64,000 nt of DNA, taken from assembly GCA_965644295.1 (NCBI GenBank), contig CBFFRP010000297.1, positions 62,001 through 126,000 of the forward strand, read 5' to 3'. This stretch comes from Paraphysomonas bandaiensis. Its lineage: Eukaryota; Protista; Chrysophyceae. Under the pieces are notes generated by a model. The model saw only the letters and a program-made list of their open reading frames with translations. It had not been told where the DNA came from and ran no database searches. This document shows, piece after piece, positions 1-12,707 of the stretch. Within the stretch, counting starts at the first letter, position 1; each line of letters opens with the position of its first letter. Made by a program: the position numbers and the translations under genes.

Positions 1-2967
1 GAAATCATTTGTTTTGATGACTCCTGGTGGTCCTCTCACTTGTCAGAATACCATCCTGCGGTACCTAGGAGAGCTCAAGCCTGCGTCGGGTTTGGTTGGA
101 GAGACTGCTTATGACTCATCTCAGGTAGCACGTCGATGCACTATATCATTTAATATCTCTCCATGTAACTATTATTCACATTTAATTAACCATAGACACT
201 GTGGTACCTCTAATATTGTAACTTTAAATTTTATTTTTGTACAGATTGACCAGTGGATTGATTTTTCTTGGCAAGAGGTAATCCTTCATTTTATTCTAAT
301 TAATTTTGTTATTTACGATGTTCTCAGATTGAAGTCCGTCTCCATGTCTTGCTTGCGAAACCTGGATCGCCCTGTCTTGCAGATGTGTCTCCTCAGCAGA
401 AGGCCGGTATCGATGCCAAGGTGAAGGGTGAGTTGCCTACTGCGCTTCTGGTCCTGGATAGCCACTTGGAGAACAAAACTTATATTGTGTCTGAGAGGAT
501 CACTATTGCTGATATTTCCCTTTGTTGTACTTGCACCACTTTGCACAAGATGGGTCTCGTCAGCCAGGGTGCCTACCCAAATCTGTTCCGCTGGATGATG
601 ACTGTTTCGAACCACAAGTCTCTCAAGAAGACTTTTGGCCCATCTGACGCTGGTGTGAAAGGGCAAGAACAGGGACGTGGACAAATTTACAAATGGTCCC
701 GGGGTCGCATTCGTGTAAAGGAGCTGTTGAATGAGGGAAAAACTGCTATTGGACGGGAGGTTACAGTGAAAGGGTGGATCCGCACCACGAGGTCAGCAGA
801 AAAGGGGAAGATTGTGTTTGTCGAGCTGACGGATGGGTCCACCCCTCGGGGATTGCAGTTAGTGTTGAATTCTGAGAAGGTTGCCGGTACCACCGCTGTT
901 GCTAACTGCGGTGGCGCTGGAGCCTCCCTTTCCGTGAAGGGATTGGTTGTGGAGTCCCCTGCTAAGGGACAAAGTATAGAGGTGCATGTGACAGATGCTG
1001 AGGTGCTCGGTCCAGTCTATGGAGGTGAGAACGGAGAGGTAGGCGGTAAGCTTTACCCAATGGCCAAGAAGCAGCATAGCCTTGAATTCCTTAGAGAAAT
1101 GGCACATCTACGCCCTCGTTCCAAAGTGTTTTCTTCTGCTCTGCGTATGCGGCATGCCATGGCATATGCTGTACACAGCTTTTATAATGAACGTGGGTTC
1201 GTTTATGTGCACACACCGCTGATAACTGCAGCAGACTGCGAGGGTGCTGGAGAACAGTTCTTGGTTACCACTTTGCTTCCTCATGAAGACTCCAAGCCGA
1301 GTGACATTCCTACAACCCCTACCGGGGCAGCAGACTACAGCAAGGACTTTTTTGGCCGCCGGTGCTCTTTGACGGTCTCTGGCCAACTAAACGTTGAGAC
1401 CCATGCTTGTGCTCTATCTGACGTCTATACTTTCGGGCCAACCTTCCGAGCGGAGAACTCCCACACTTCACGCCACTTGGCTGAGTTTTGGATGATCGAA
1501 CCTGAAATATGCTTTGCGGATATTTTCGACAACATGGCTCTAGCGGTGAGATATTTTTTGTGGCTGCACTATAGAATGAGTTCTGACTTTAACGCAGGAG
1601 GACTTTATCAAATACTGCACCAGATATGCACTTGAGCACTGCGCTGACGACCTCGCATACTTTGAGGAGCAGTATCCTCAAGGGGAGAAGGGACTACGTG
1701 AGCGTCTGCGCAATGTTGCTGAGAGCGACTTTGCCCGCATCAGCTACACAGATGCCGTACATCTGTTACACTCGGAGATTGCCGCAGGCAAGGTTACATT
1801 CGAAAACTATCCTGAATGGGGTGGTGATCTAAACTCTGAACACGAGAGATACCTCTCCGAAAAGGTTAGTCTCGTACAGTGGTATTATATATGCTATGGT
1901 GTATATTCTCTATGATACTATTGACGTCGGGCGGTCTGATTGACTGATGAGTACGACTGTAAGGAGTCTTGGGCGATACAGCAATGTATTTAGCTCGATG
2001 ACTTTGTTTGAGAGAATACACATCACATTTTTTGCAATAAACGTAGCCTTTTATATACTGTTGTGCATGTTCTCTATGATACTATTGACGTCGGGCGGTC
2101 TGATTGACTGATGAATACGACTGTAAGGAGTCTTGGGCGATACAGCAATGTATTTAGCTCGATGACTTTGTTTGAGAGAATACACATCACATTTTTTGCA
2201 AATAAACGTAGCCTTTTATATACTGTTGTGCATGTTCTCTATGATACTATTGACGTCGGGCGGTCTGATTGACTGATGAGTACGACTGTAAGGAGTCTTG
2301 GGCGATACAGCAATGTATTTAGCTTGATGACTTTGTTTGAGAGAATACACATCACATTTTTTGCAAATAAACGTAGCCTTTTATATACTGTTGTGCATGT
2401 TCTCTATGATACTATTGACGTCGGGCGGTCTGATTGACTGATGAATACGACTGTAAGGAGTCTTGGGCGATACAGCAATGTATTTAGCTCGATGACTTTG
2501 TTTGAGAGAACAATTGAATATTTTGATATATGTACTGTCTCCTTACATATATATTACTGTAGATATACCAGAGACCTACAATAGTGTACAATTACCCCAA
2601 AGGAATAAAGGCGTTCTACATGCGACTCAATGAGGACAATGAAACTGTTGCGGCTATGGATATTCTTGTTCCCAAGATTGGGGAAATTATTGGCGGCTCT
2701 CAACGGTAAGCATTTTATTACTTTTGGAACCGTGTTTTATTCATGTCTTGTAGTGAGGAGCGACTTGATGTACTCGAGAGACGCTGTACCGAAAGCGGCC
2801 TTAGTCCACAGGATGTGTGGTGGTACTCTGATTTGCGTCGATATGGATCAGTCCCTCACTCAGGCTTTGGCCTTGGGTTCGAACGATTGCTCATGTATGT
2901 CACTGGTTTGGAAAACATCCGGGATGTCATATCTTTCCCGCGTGTTCCTGGAAAAGCTGAATTTTAG
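1..2967 (+). CDS. NARS: Asparaginyl-tRNA synthetase with N-terminal GST-like domain (5' end outside window; multi-exon)
   Basis: Exons approx <1-124, 245-277, 328-1545, 1598-1864, 2563-2705, 2754-2967 with GT-AG introns. OB-fold ([11 protein letters not shown]), class IIb motifs [60 protein letters not shown]-terminus QIDQWIDFS...[21 protein letters not shown]...YPNLFRWM is GST_C/eEF1Bgamma-like. Confidence 0.95.
1906..2016 (+). ncRNA. Box C/D snoRNA, U43/snR70-like, copy 1
   Basis: Terminal stem TTCTC/GAGAA, C box ATGATA, guide CGTCGGGCGGT followed by D' CTGA, C' TGATGA, D box TTGA. The guide is complementary to the universal SSU rRNA ACCGCCCGUCG with one mismatch. Confidence 0.8.
2070..2180 (+). 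ncRNA. Box C/D snoRNA, U43/snR70-like, copy 2
   Basis: Same boxes and guide as copy 1; GATGAATAC variant. Confidence 0.78.
2235..2345 (+). ncRNA. Box C/D snoRNA, U43/snR70-like, copy 3
   Basis: Same boxes and guide as copy 1; AGCTTGATG variant. Confidence 0.78.
2400..2510 (+). ncRNA. Box C/D snoRNA, U43/snR70-like, copy 4
   Basis: Same as copy 2; the repeat array ends exactly at the 3' stem GAGAA. Confidence 0.78.
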
Positions 2968-3147
2968 ACGGTGGCTGATGTTGCCAACGAAGTTTAGTTC
3001 ACATTCATTACAGGACCCTACATTACTAATAATATTGTTTGATTCTTTTTGATTTGACTGACAGAATTGCTCTTCTGTAACGATCGTATTTTGTATTATA
3101 GCATCCTAGTGATATTTCCTCTTTGGTCGGAAAGATGACTGGATTGT

Positions 3148-3338
3148 GTTCTCTAAGATAGTACTGTAGAATGCAGTATACGTTAAATACATAGTAGTAC
3201 GTAGTCAAAGATACTATATAGCTATAACTGTGAAACTGAAGTATTGTATTATGACGATTCAAGATACGGAATAATTTATCATGTTGTTGACATGTTTTAC
3301 ATGACAACACACACAATTGTGTATGCAATTAAATAAAG
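3148..3338 (+). mobile_element. Degenerate LTR fragment related to the Copia-B LTR
   Basis: GTTCTCTAAGATAGTACTGTAGAAT...CTATATAGCTATAACTGTGAAACTGAAGTATT...ATAATTTATCATGTTGTTGACATG...ACACACAATTGTGTAT matches 50561-50790 with indels. The LTR termini are missing. Confidence 0.85.
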
Positions 3339-3797
3339 AGTCTTAGATTGCTGGATTGTAATAATGTAATAATAGACTGTTGCTCCGACTTTACCTACTA
3401 TGTTAAGGTGCACATTAAGCTACAACTTCACCGCGCAGTATTTCTATTGCAAACCTAGCCCCTGTCTTCAAAAACATTTCTATACCGCCACACACCTCAC
3501 ACGACTGAACGCCATAAACACCTCTCGGGTGCAGGTAGTATAGAGATAATATAATTTATAATTTACTACATTATTCATATGTAATCTGAAATCGAATCAC
3601 CGCACTATTTTCTAACACAAATACTTGATACTATTCTGCAATTAATATCTCATTATTGCGCACATAGCGACGTCCACGTGACCGACAACAAGAAATTCCA
3701 AAATTGAAAAACTTCATAATCCACTGTATTAACATCCCGGTAAAGCACTCTTATTCCGGTAACCCAGGCAAAATTGAACTATATACTTCAATTAAAA

Positions 3798-4951
3798 CTA
3801 CTTCTGTGGTGGTGGTTTTGACTGTATTTTATCCGACATTTCTGCACAAGTGAGACAGGTTACTCCCATCGCCTTCATATCTTTAACGAACTCCTCTCCA
3901 GCAGATTCAAATGTGGGCACTGATGAAGAAGCTGCACACGCATATATTACCCTAGCATACATAACTTTCCTTAATCTCACCATCAGTTAGTAGATGTACA
4001 GTAGAAGCGTTATTTCTCCAGTTGTTCATAATATCTCGCACTGTGAAATTCACGCAATGAGAGAGTGCTTGTCCGCACACAACCAGCTGCACGAAAGTAT
4101 ATTATACATATATTGTTTCATTAACAAACTGTTTACCGTCCTGCTATTGTGAAGCTTCTCTATAATTCTTCTATTGAGGTGTGTTGTAGTATCGGCAGGA
4201 ATGGGAACATCCGCCAACACAGCACTGTACATCTCTGTCAGGCAATTCATACCTTTGTGAACATAAGTCACGGAGTCCATTTTAGTAGTTGCCCATTCTT
4301 GTAAGGATGAATTGATATCTGGATGCACTGCATGCCCAGTTGTCCCAATCTGAAACAGAATTACGTGAATAGGTGAAGGAAAATTTCTGCCCTCACCAGA
4401 CAATGCTCCGGCCAAATACACAGAACGAAACGTCCCTTTTCCTCCAAGGATTTCGTATAATATTTGCAATGTTCCTAGATAATACAATCACAATTTCTCC
4501 CCATATAGCATTTGTAAACTGTACCAGATGGGTGTGATCCCGTGGAGCCCATACACCATCCACAACATCTTTATACGTGATAAGTGTGAACGGATCGGGG
4601 TGCTGCCCATCGCTGTTCACCCAGAATTTCCCGTGAGCAATATGCATGGCCTACAGCACATCAACATATTACAATCATAATGAATATATATCTCAAATAG
4701 ATTACATGATGTGTATCTAATGTGACAACTATTTCGTCAATTTCGTTCATATTGTCTTTGATAAATTTGGCTGTTCTTTCACTATCTTCATTCGCACCCG
4801 GAACAGCCAAACTTCCACCAGGATGAAAATCCATCTGAGGGTCGATGAGAAGTAATACTACATTGTTATCACGCATGCCACTGTCATGAACAACTTGTGA
4901 ACTATGACTTCCTGGACATCCGCGAAATTTCTCTTTAAGGAAAGAAAGCAT
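3798..4951 (-). CDS. Nicotinamidase/isochorismatase-family cysteine hydrolase (multi-exon)
   Basis: LLLIDPQMDFHPGGSLAVPGA, VTLDTHH, IWPEHCL/IGTTGH, HKGMN, GQALSHCV give a D-K-C catalytic triad plus metal-binding D/H residues. Confidence 0.85.
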
Positions 4952-5114
4952 TGCAATATAAGAGTAAATTGCTGTAAATCTTCTCTATAAACAGAGTATC
5001 AATGACTTCCTTTCCAGTAATATGTATCTGGAATGCTATGTGCGATACTAGCACATTGAGAGGGTGATGTATCTGTAGATATATGTATATATCTGTTGCT
5101 TAAATCTCAGATGA

Positions 5115-5150
5115 TATGCATGTATGTATGCATGTATGTATGTATGTATG
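5115..5150 (-). repeat. (TATG)n microsatellite upstream of the nicotinamidase gene
   Basis: Imperfect TATG run that reads (CATA)n on the gene's sense strand. Confidence 0.9.
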
Positions 5151-5696
5151 AGCGACAAGGCTGTTGGAAGTTTCACATTTGCAACATAATTATTGTATTT
5201 ACTGTAGGAATGATATACAGTGCATTAGTATACCGTATACATCTATATACACTGCTACGACGTATATATGTGAGTTGTGTGTACATACAGCAGTAATGTA
5301 CGTAGTATATCCCGTATACCGGTGTATAGGAGGAGTACATACTGCTGTACATACATACGTAAATATCATCTAGATGACAAGTACAGCACACAGCAGTATA
5401 CACAGTATACATATCTACTTGCAATCCAGATACACTGCAGTATACTGCTGTAGGTATACCATATACCCATATGGTATACGAATATACTGTACGAAGCGGA
5501 TATACAGAGTTTTAGTAGAGTAGAGTGGAGCTATGGAGGTATTGGCTCTCCCATATCTCTGCATTCATATCTCTGCATTGCATCTCCATCTCCATTAAAT
5601 ATAAACACAATTCAAAACAATATAAAATCAAAATCCTCATATATTATGATGAGATGATACTAATAGTTCTCATTATATAACTCACAGTCTACTTAT

Positions 5697-5747
5697 TACA
5701 TACATACATACATACATACATTCATACATACATTCATACATACATAC
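5697..5747 (+). repeat. (CATA)n microsatellite upstream of the kinase gene
   Basis: TACATACATA... run about 170-220 bp before ATG 5917. Confidence 0.9.
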
Positions 5748-5916
5748 TTGAACACTTAGTATATCATCTATTTATATTAATATCTATTGAATGAACTCTT
5801 ATGATCAAGAAGGTCACTATATGATCATATTAAAGTGTTTTCAATGATTAATTTAAATATTTTATTGTGCATATAACTCTGTATAGTGAGCACTCTGGTA
5901 TTATAAGTTGTGTATC

Positions 5917-7856
5917 ATGTTAGTTGATATTCTATTAGGAACTATTGGACTTGTCTCGATTATATATATCATCGTTTTATATATGACGAATACTGAGAAA
6001 GAAAAAGAGAAAGTAGAAAATTCTTCTCTTTCTCAGAACAATGAACAATATTGGCTCACAGTGAATGCGAGCACGCTGCGGCAACGACCTTCCCACTCCT
6101 ATGATGCCCCACCAATTGAGGCACCTCTTCCTCGACCCTATGTGCCTGGTGGCGGTCCACCGAACAGATTTAACCCACAATTTTCAAGTATGCATTACGA
6201 GGCATCTGTTGAAAATGCACAGACTGCGCACACTACCCCTCACAATGGACAGCAGTATGTACCAGAACACACTCAACTGAGGAGGAAATCAGAGCCGTAT
6301 GTGCCACAAGAACAACCACGCCCTCTAGTTCCTCTTTGTACACAAGGTACGCAACAGGTAGTATCGCCTAAACGGACGAATGCTGGTATTGAAAACCACC
6401 GCATTCAACAGCCTGTGGATAGACCTCCACCTGTACTTGCTGCACCCACAGTGGGTGGACCTTCCCATACTGTATCTACCTCACAACAGAAGCCTAGTGG
6501 TCTCCGAGGGTCCAGTCCCATTGTCAAGTTCCCACCACCAGCTGCGCCATCTCCAACAGCAGGTTTGGAGGCTCTCTATCCCCCTCCCCCCCCAGCTGCT
6601 CACACAGAGAGCCCTCCCCGAAGACGATTGAGTAGCAGTGATAAAAGCACCAGCAGTACCAGTAGTGGTCGACACTCTGGAGGCGGATCTTCTTCTTCTC
6701 CGCATGACCCAACAGGATCTAATTCGCGACAGCGCACCTTCTCAGACAGCGTCGTGGCATCAATTGATATGAAGGACATAAAACTTCTACACGTTATCGG
6801 CGGTGGTGCCTTCGGGCAGGTATGGAAAGCATCATGGCAGGGTACACCAGTAGCTGTGAAAGTACTATCGTCAGTATGCCAACGAAGTGCCTCGGAGGAG
6901 GAGCTAAGGGTCTTTACAGATGAGGTGAATATGCTGGCACGGTTAAGACATCCTAATATATGCCTATTCCTTGGTGCATCACTAAGAGCACCCAATCGCT
7001 ATATTGTAACAGAAATAGTCAGTCGCGGGTCTCTTTGGGAAGCGCTCCGCACGCCGAACTTATTCTCTGATTCAACTCCCAGTTCTGTAGGGAGCTTTCA
7101 CTGGCCGTGGTGGGTTATTAGGCGAGTTCTACATGGCACTTTGCGTGGCCTGGTTTACTTACACGGGAATCAACCGCCTATTATACATCGAGGTGATATC
7201 CTTATCCCCTACATATGTTGACAGACTGTCTTAAAACTACTTATTCAGACCTCAAGAGTGCAAACCTTTTGCTGGACGATAGCTTTCATGTTAAGGTATA
7301 GAGTTTTAATGATACTGGTATAATTCTCATTTTTCGTTTCAGATATGCGACTTCGGGCTTGCGAGACTGCGAGACTTCAGTCAAGCTATGACTGCAAACG
7401 TGGGCACTGCACAATGGACTGCCCCTGAGGTGCTCGCTGGGAAAGAGTACAATGAACTGGCTGATATATTTAGTATGGGGGTGGTAGGAGATATATAGTC
7501 TGATTAAGGCAACACTTGACTTGTGATAGGTGTTCTGGGAAATGTTGACTGGCAGATGCCCATATGATAACACAAGCAATCAAATGGAGGTGTGTTATGA
7601 TATGTGCATACCATATAGTTTTAATAAAGTGCGGGTCTTTGTAGATAGCAGTGGATGTCGCGTATAAAAAGAAGAGACCTCCACTTCCCCCCAATTGCCC
7701 GCCTAGAGTGACTGAATTTATAACGGTAAACGATTTATATGTCTTAACTTTTCTCACCATTGTCGTGATTTTCAGACTTGTTGGGCAGATCAGCCTACAG
7801 ATAGAATGTCTGCTGTCGTGGCTCTTGAAAACCTCGATAGCATCATTCCAAGCTAG
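5917..7856 (+). CDS. TKL (CTR1/Raf-like) protein kinase with N-terminal membrane anchor and Pro/Ser-rich linker
   Basis: IGGGAFGQV, VAVK, RLRHPNI, IIHR/DLKSANLLL, ICDFGLAR, GTAQWTAPE, ADIFSMGV spread over short exons. Hydrophobic N-terminus ILLGTIGLVSIIYIIVLY. Confidence 0.92.
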
Positions 7857-8538
7857 AGTATATATTTAGTCTGATGTTGTATTATATAATAAGTACTTAG
7901 TCTTGTATTTAACCCTTTTCTTCTGAATTAGTAGTGGTGTCATTACATAATACATAGTTTTTACTGTGGTGTTAATGTGTTAATTGGAGCTATTTACGGT
8001 ATACTATTTTCAGAAAAGAGATCGGGTTAGTTAGTGATACTTCAACTTCAGCATGAGTTCAGTTCGGTAAGCATCTGTAGATATCACATGGCTCATGTTC
8101 AAGCGGAAACAGAAGTTTTGTCAGCCTAAGTAGAAGCATGTCAACCAGATACAATACCACAAAAATCACAAGTACAGTATGCAGTACACCACACGCCATC
8201 CAAGCTTAGACGAAATTAACTATCTGGCAATATCACTAACTTGGGTGTGTTTTGCAACCAAAAATACGAGAATGTATATTCTCACTACTGTGGAAATTCT
8301 CTCCCTGTATCTGGGTGAATCGCGTCGCGACAATACGCAATATGTAATGCAATAAGATGATAAAGTGTATGCATGGGCACTACACTCTACACTCGCATAG
8401 TAAGGCTAATAGAATAAGTATTGTAAATTCAACACCAATTGAATCATACTGGCACAATTACAGTTGGGTAACATATACTGTACTTAATACCAAGGCCACT
8501 AAATACTACGTACTGAGCACAATACTATAACCTACGCA

Positions 8539-11500
8539 TTATTTCCTGGTTTTAATTTTCGCACTATCGTGATCGCGATACTCTGTCAAAACACACGATG
8601 CAACCGTTCGTCCAACCCAAGAAGCACACTGTGGCGGAAGGGACACTTTCCCAATGGAACAGTCTTTTTCTTCACCCACATTCGCCTCACCGCTCTCAAT
8701 CACTGGTAAACTGTCTGAAACCTTTCGTATCTGAAGCGCTCCAGAGGACAGTGAGACACCTGGGTCCCCAACAGCCATGTATACACATCCTCCGAGATTG
8801 CGATATGCAGACACTCTTACGGAGCCATGATGAAGTGAGGACACCTCTACACGCTCGACAAAAAGTGGTTTGTCCGGGTTCTTCGTCAAGTCAAAATAAT
8901 ATATATTACCGGACGAATCAACAGCAAAAAAACTCGCCACAGCTGTCCATGGTGCCCACTGAACATGCACTACAGGGATTGGCGACTCCACGTCTCTTCT
9001 CCTCGATTCTCGTTGGGGAAGCGAAAACACGGACAGGTCGCTCCAAGTCTGCAGCGGATCAGTAGAGTCCATGGAATAAAGGTCTAAAGATCCGTCAACT
9101 CTACCCACTAGAACCATTGGAGGTAAATGTCGGGTCGTGTGATCTCGTCCAATGCCTGAACTATGATTTATTGTCGACTTTTGAGGGTGCACCGCGATAC
9201 ATGTAGCGGCAGGGGTAAATGAATGAACAACTGAGAGGCCGCCGGAGCCTGTGGTTGTAAAGAGATCTGCGGAGTCGTGTTTACTGTCACCGTCATCCAC
9301 GTTGTCGACTACGATGCTCCCCTGAACTGGCCTACCAAATCCGCCCCCTCTCCTGTCTACTGCCCTGTCTGCTTCGCTGCCGTATCTCACAACTCTTTTG
9401 ACCGCACCACCTAAAGAGCAATAAGATGCTTTACACTGGATGTGAAAAATAAGTGCACCCACCAGTAGATGATATTAAGAAGCACGAGGTATCTCCAGGG
9501 ATTACCCCAAGAACAGCGTCTGCACTGGGGAGTACTTCCCGACCAAAATCTGCATCATCCCGTGAATAAAATTGTAACTCATAAAATACGTTGTTACCTA
9601 GCCCAGGGTCCGATAGTCCACTCTGCAACACCCTCTGTTTCAATAACCTTACTTTCCCCCATGGACTCAAACCGTAGTCGATAGTCGACTCACTCGCAGA
9701 CACGGTTGTCTGTGTCGCAACCCAAATGATTGCCTTGCCTGACGAGTCTAAAGATATGAAGTGCGACACAGCACTAGCAGAAGTCCAGCTCTCAGTTGAT
9801 CCCGCAGCACTGCTCACAGATTCTAGTTGGACAATTGGGCACGCATGTTGTTCCAAGTCTAACTCACTCGACTCCTGCGACCTGGAGCCGTACCCTGTTC
9901 CACCGGACATGTACTCTGCAGATCCACCTGCACCGAGAGAGTGTGTACTGTAGCAGGGCTTACGAAGGCCTTTAGCGATGCGAAGGTCGATGGTGTCTCT
10001 GTTCGCGTGCAGCGAATTGCTTTCCCTCAAGTCCCATATATGCAAAGTCCCTTCCGCAGTACCACCAGCAACTACAAACGTTTGCGACGACGAGAAGCTG
10101 CAACAGGAGGGCTGTCCACTTCCTTCCAACACAACTGACGGCGATCCCGGGGCAGCAGTACTCCACACGCAAAATATACCCTGTATAGCCACATTAGTTG
10201 ATAACGCAGCGCGGTACGACACATAAAATAGATAATAGGTAAACAAATACAAAGTTGATTACCCTGAAGGGGCGGAGGTCTTGGTCATCTGTCTCATTAT
10301 ACGGATGCGCTGTCATGAGCAAGTGAGGTTGTAGGGAGCTGAATGTCACGCACGATACTGTGCGGTTCCGGACAAGTTCGTTACTACCCTCACTGACATC
10401 TCCACCAAGGGTGCACCAATCCATATCCCGCGAGAATAGTGACGTCGGAGACTCTGTTACATTCATTAACGAACTATTTGAACGATAATTTTAATCACGA
10501 ACCGTTTCGCCTCTTCGCTGCATCGCCCTGTGGTCCGGCACTCTCTTCGTCAAGTATGTCCTCACATAGCTGTGCAGCAGCTTGTAGGAAGGCATTAAGC
10601 CTATTCTCATTACCAATTTCATTCGCGGCTCCTTCATCCATACCTACTCCAACTTCCCTTTGTTGAGTAGAACCATCTCCCTCTTCGGCTTTTTCCTCGT
10701 CCTGTATTTCACCCTTACGACGAGCAGCCACACGTTTCATCGCGTTGATGAGAGCGGTATCGTCGCCATATACATACTGAACCTCTTTGTCATGCTGTTC
10801 GATCTCCTCAGTGTTGACCTCCATGTTCCGGCAGGAAACATCAATCGGCACACCCATCTGGCGGATCTGAGGATTCTGGGAGAAGAGCTTCCGGTGGTAT
10901 ACCTACACATTAACAGACCAAAGCGCTTATCAAGTAGTAAGTAGAAAACATATTGCTACCTCATATGTAGTAGAGGGCATAATGTTGAGTACGACAGCTT
11001 TATCGTCCTGCATGTCTAGAACACCACTTTCACGCAGTTTCTGCAGGCGTTTCATTCGAGGCCCCAGAGCCACTGGAGACGCCTTGTTGAATCCCATAAG
11101 TCCATGTCCTTTCTTACGGCGTTGAGTAGTTGCCCCCTCAGTTCCTTTGCTCTCAGCCAGTCCCTGGGTCCCTTTCGCATCAGACTTCGGTCGCTCGTCC
11201 CTGTCTTTTGAAAGACCGATATCGGTAGCCTTGCTCTGTCTGGCTTGCTGCTGGCGCTCCATCGCTGCAGAGTTCTCCTGTTGCACAGAGTGGCGAAGTG
11301 CCTTCATGTCGGCATCCTCCCTTGCATGGGAAATGGACAACTTAGGCACGGAACTGGGAACAGGGGCAGCAGAAGTAGGCGCTGAGGTTGTTTCCTCGTC
11401 GTCCTCGAAGTCATCGTCGTCATAGTCCTCAAAGTCATCATCATAATCATCCGCTGATGTAGTGGTTACTACGAAAACATAAATGCCACAAAAATTACAC

Positions 11501-11950
11501 AGGACCACACATTTCATAACTTGTACTTACCAGGAAGGACCGGAGAGGGAGTACTACGCACATGGCGCGGTGGATCTGAAGGGGGGGGGCGATTGAATGA
11601 CACCGTATCCCGCACAACCCTCTCTTTGGTCTCATGACTACTTCGATGACTACTCGTTGGTCGAGATGCTGAACTGGAAGTCGGGCGAGACCCTGATGGG
11701 CTCATTGATGATGGAATAGTAACTGGACTGGACATCGAGTCATCATTTAATCGAGATACTTTACCAGGAGCCATTGGGCGGGGCCGTTCAATACCCTCCA
11801 ATTCATCAGTATCAGGTTGACTCTTAGATTTACGTTCACCTTTTTTCTTTCGCTCTCTATTATATATACACAGCACAGTTATAGTGTTATTATAATGGAA
11901 TCAGTGGATGGAGTCACATACTTGCGTTGTATGGGGGGCTTTGACTCCAT
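8539..11950 (-). CDS. WDR60: WDR60/DYNC2I1 (FAP163)-like dynein-2 intermediate chain (multi-exon)
   Basis: Acidic DYDDDFEDY motif, EVNTEEIE light-chain-binding region, WD40 region CCSFSSSQTFVVAGGTAEGTLHIWDLRE and DYGLSPWGKVRL as in WDR60. Confidence 0.8.
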
Positions 11951-12707
11951 AGCTAATTATACGTTACTGGTATTACTAGAAGAGGATTGATATATATGAT
12001 AAGTGTATAGGAATGATGTAATGAGGGTTACATAGTTTGGTTATTCTATAGGCATATATATGTATATATATGTATATGTTTATGTATGTGTGTAACTCTC
12101 AACTTTAAATCCTTCAAGATTATGAACATATACATACACTCCACACTGCTGTACATACTGGCATACTACACGTACTGCTGTTACATACAGCAGCAGTATA
12201 ATTATACATATTGTACTTTTAGGTGGTTTTATAAGCAAAAATCTCCAATATATATGACTCAAGATACAGTCGTTTCGTAATTTAATATACAATATTTTCA
12301 AGTAAACTCCATATTTTAGTATTCGATATATAGAAAACCCTTAGAGTGATATATAAAAAACGGGGATATATAGTCTCCAAATTATTCGTTTATTCCTCGT
12401 ACTGAAATATACATACATACATACACAGCAGCAGTGTATCGGGAGTGTGATGTGTATGTCTGCTCTGATATTATTAAGGTAAACACAGTCCAGACAGTTC
12501 ATAGTAATACCTCATAACATATCTCACATTACATATCATTATTCCCTGTGTGTGGGATAAGTGTGTGGGATAATAGATTTGAGAGATAGTCTCTGTGTAG
12601 ACTACTGTTATCTATCTTATCTATCAGTTCATATGATTGACATCATACATTATCCATATATTATATAGCCCCACTGGAGTTTTGTGATATACATTAACTC
12701 CCTACAA

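Larger units (their letters stand above)
1906..2510 (+). repeat. Intronic tandem repeat, ~164-165 bp unit, 3.7 copies, each holding a snoRNA-like unit
   Basis: Units start at 1906, 2070, 2235 and 2400, are near-identical, and lie inside AsnRS intron 1865-2562. Confidence 0.97.

Noticed and set aside
1906-2510. CRISPR-like array or plain minisatellite
   Set aside because: Units are wholly repeated with no unique spacers, the context is a eukaryotic intron with no cas genes, and the box/guide structure explains it as snoRNA copies.
5096-5424. Tyr/Val/Met-rich small ORFs in divergent intergenic regions (also 12080-12301, 53880-54098)
   Set aside because: Translations of TATG/ATAC low-complexity promoter DNA.
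9410-9470. Frameshift or two genes within WDR60
   Set aside because: A ~50-nt GT...CTTTAG intron bridges the two ORFs.
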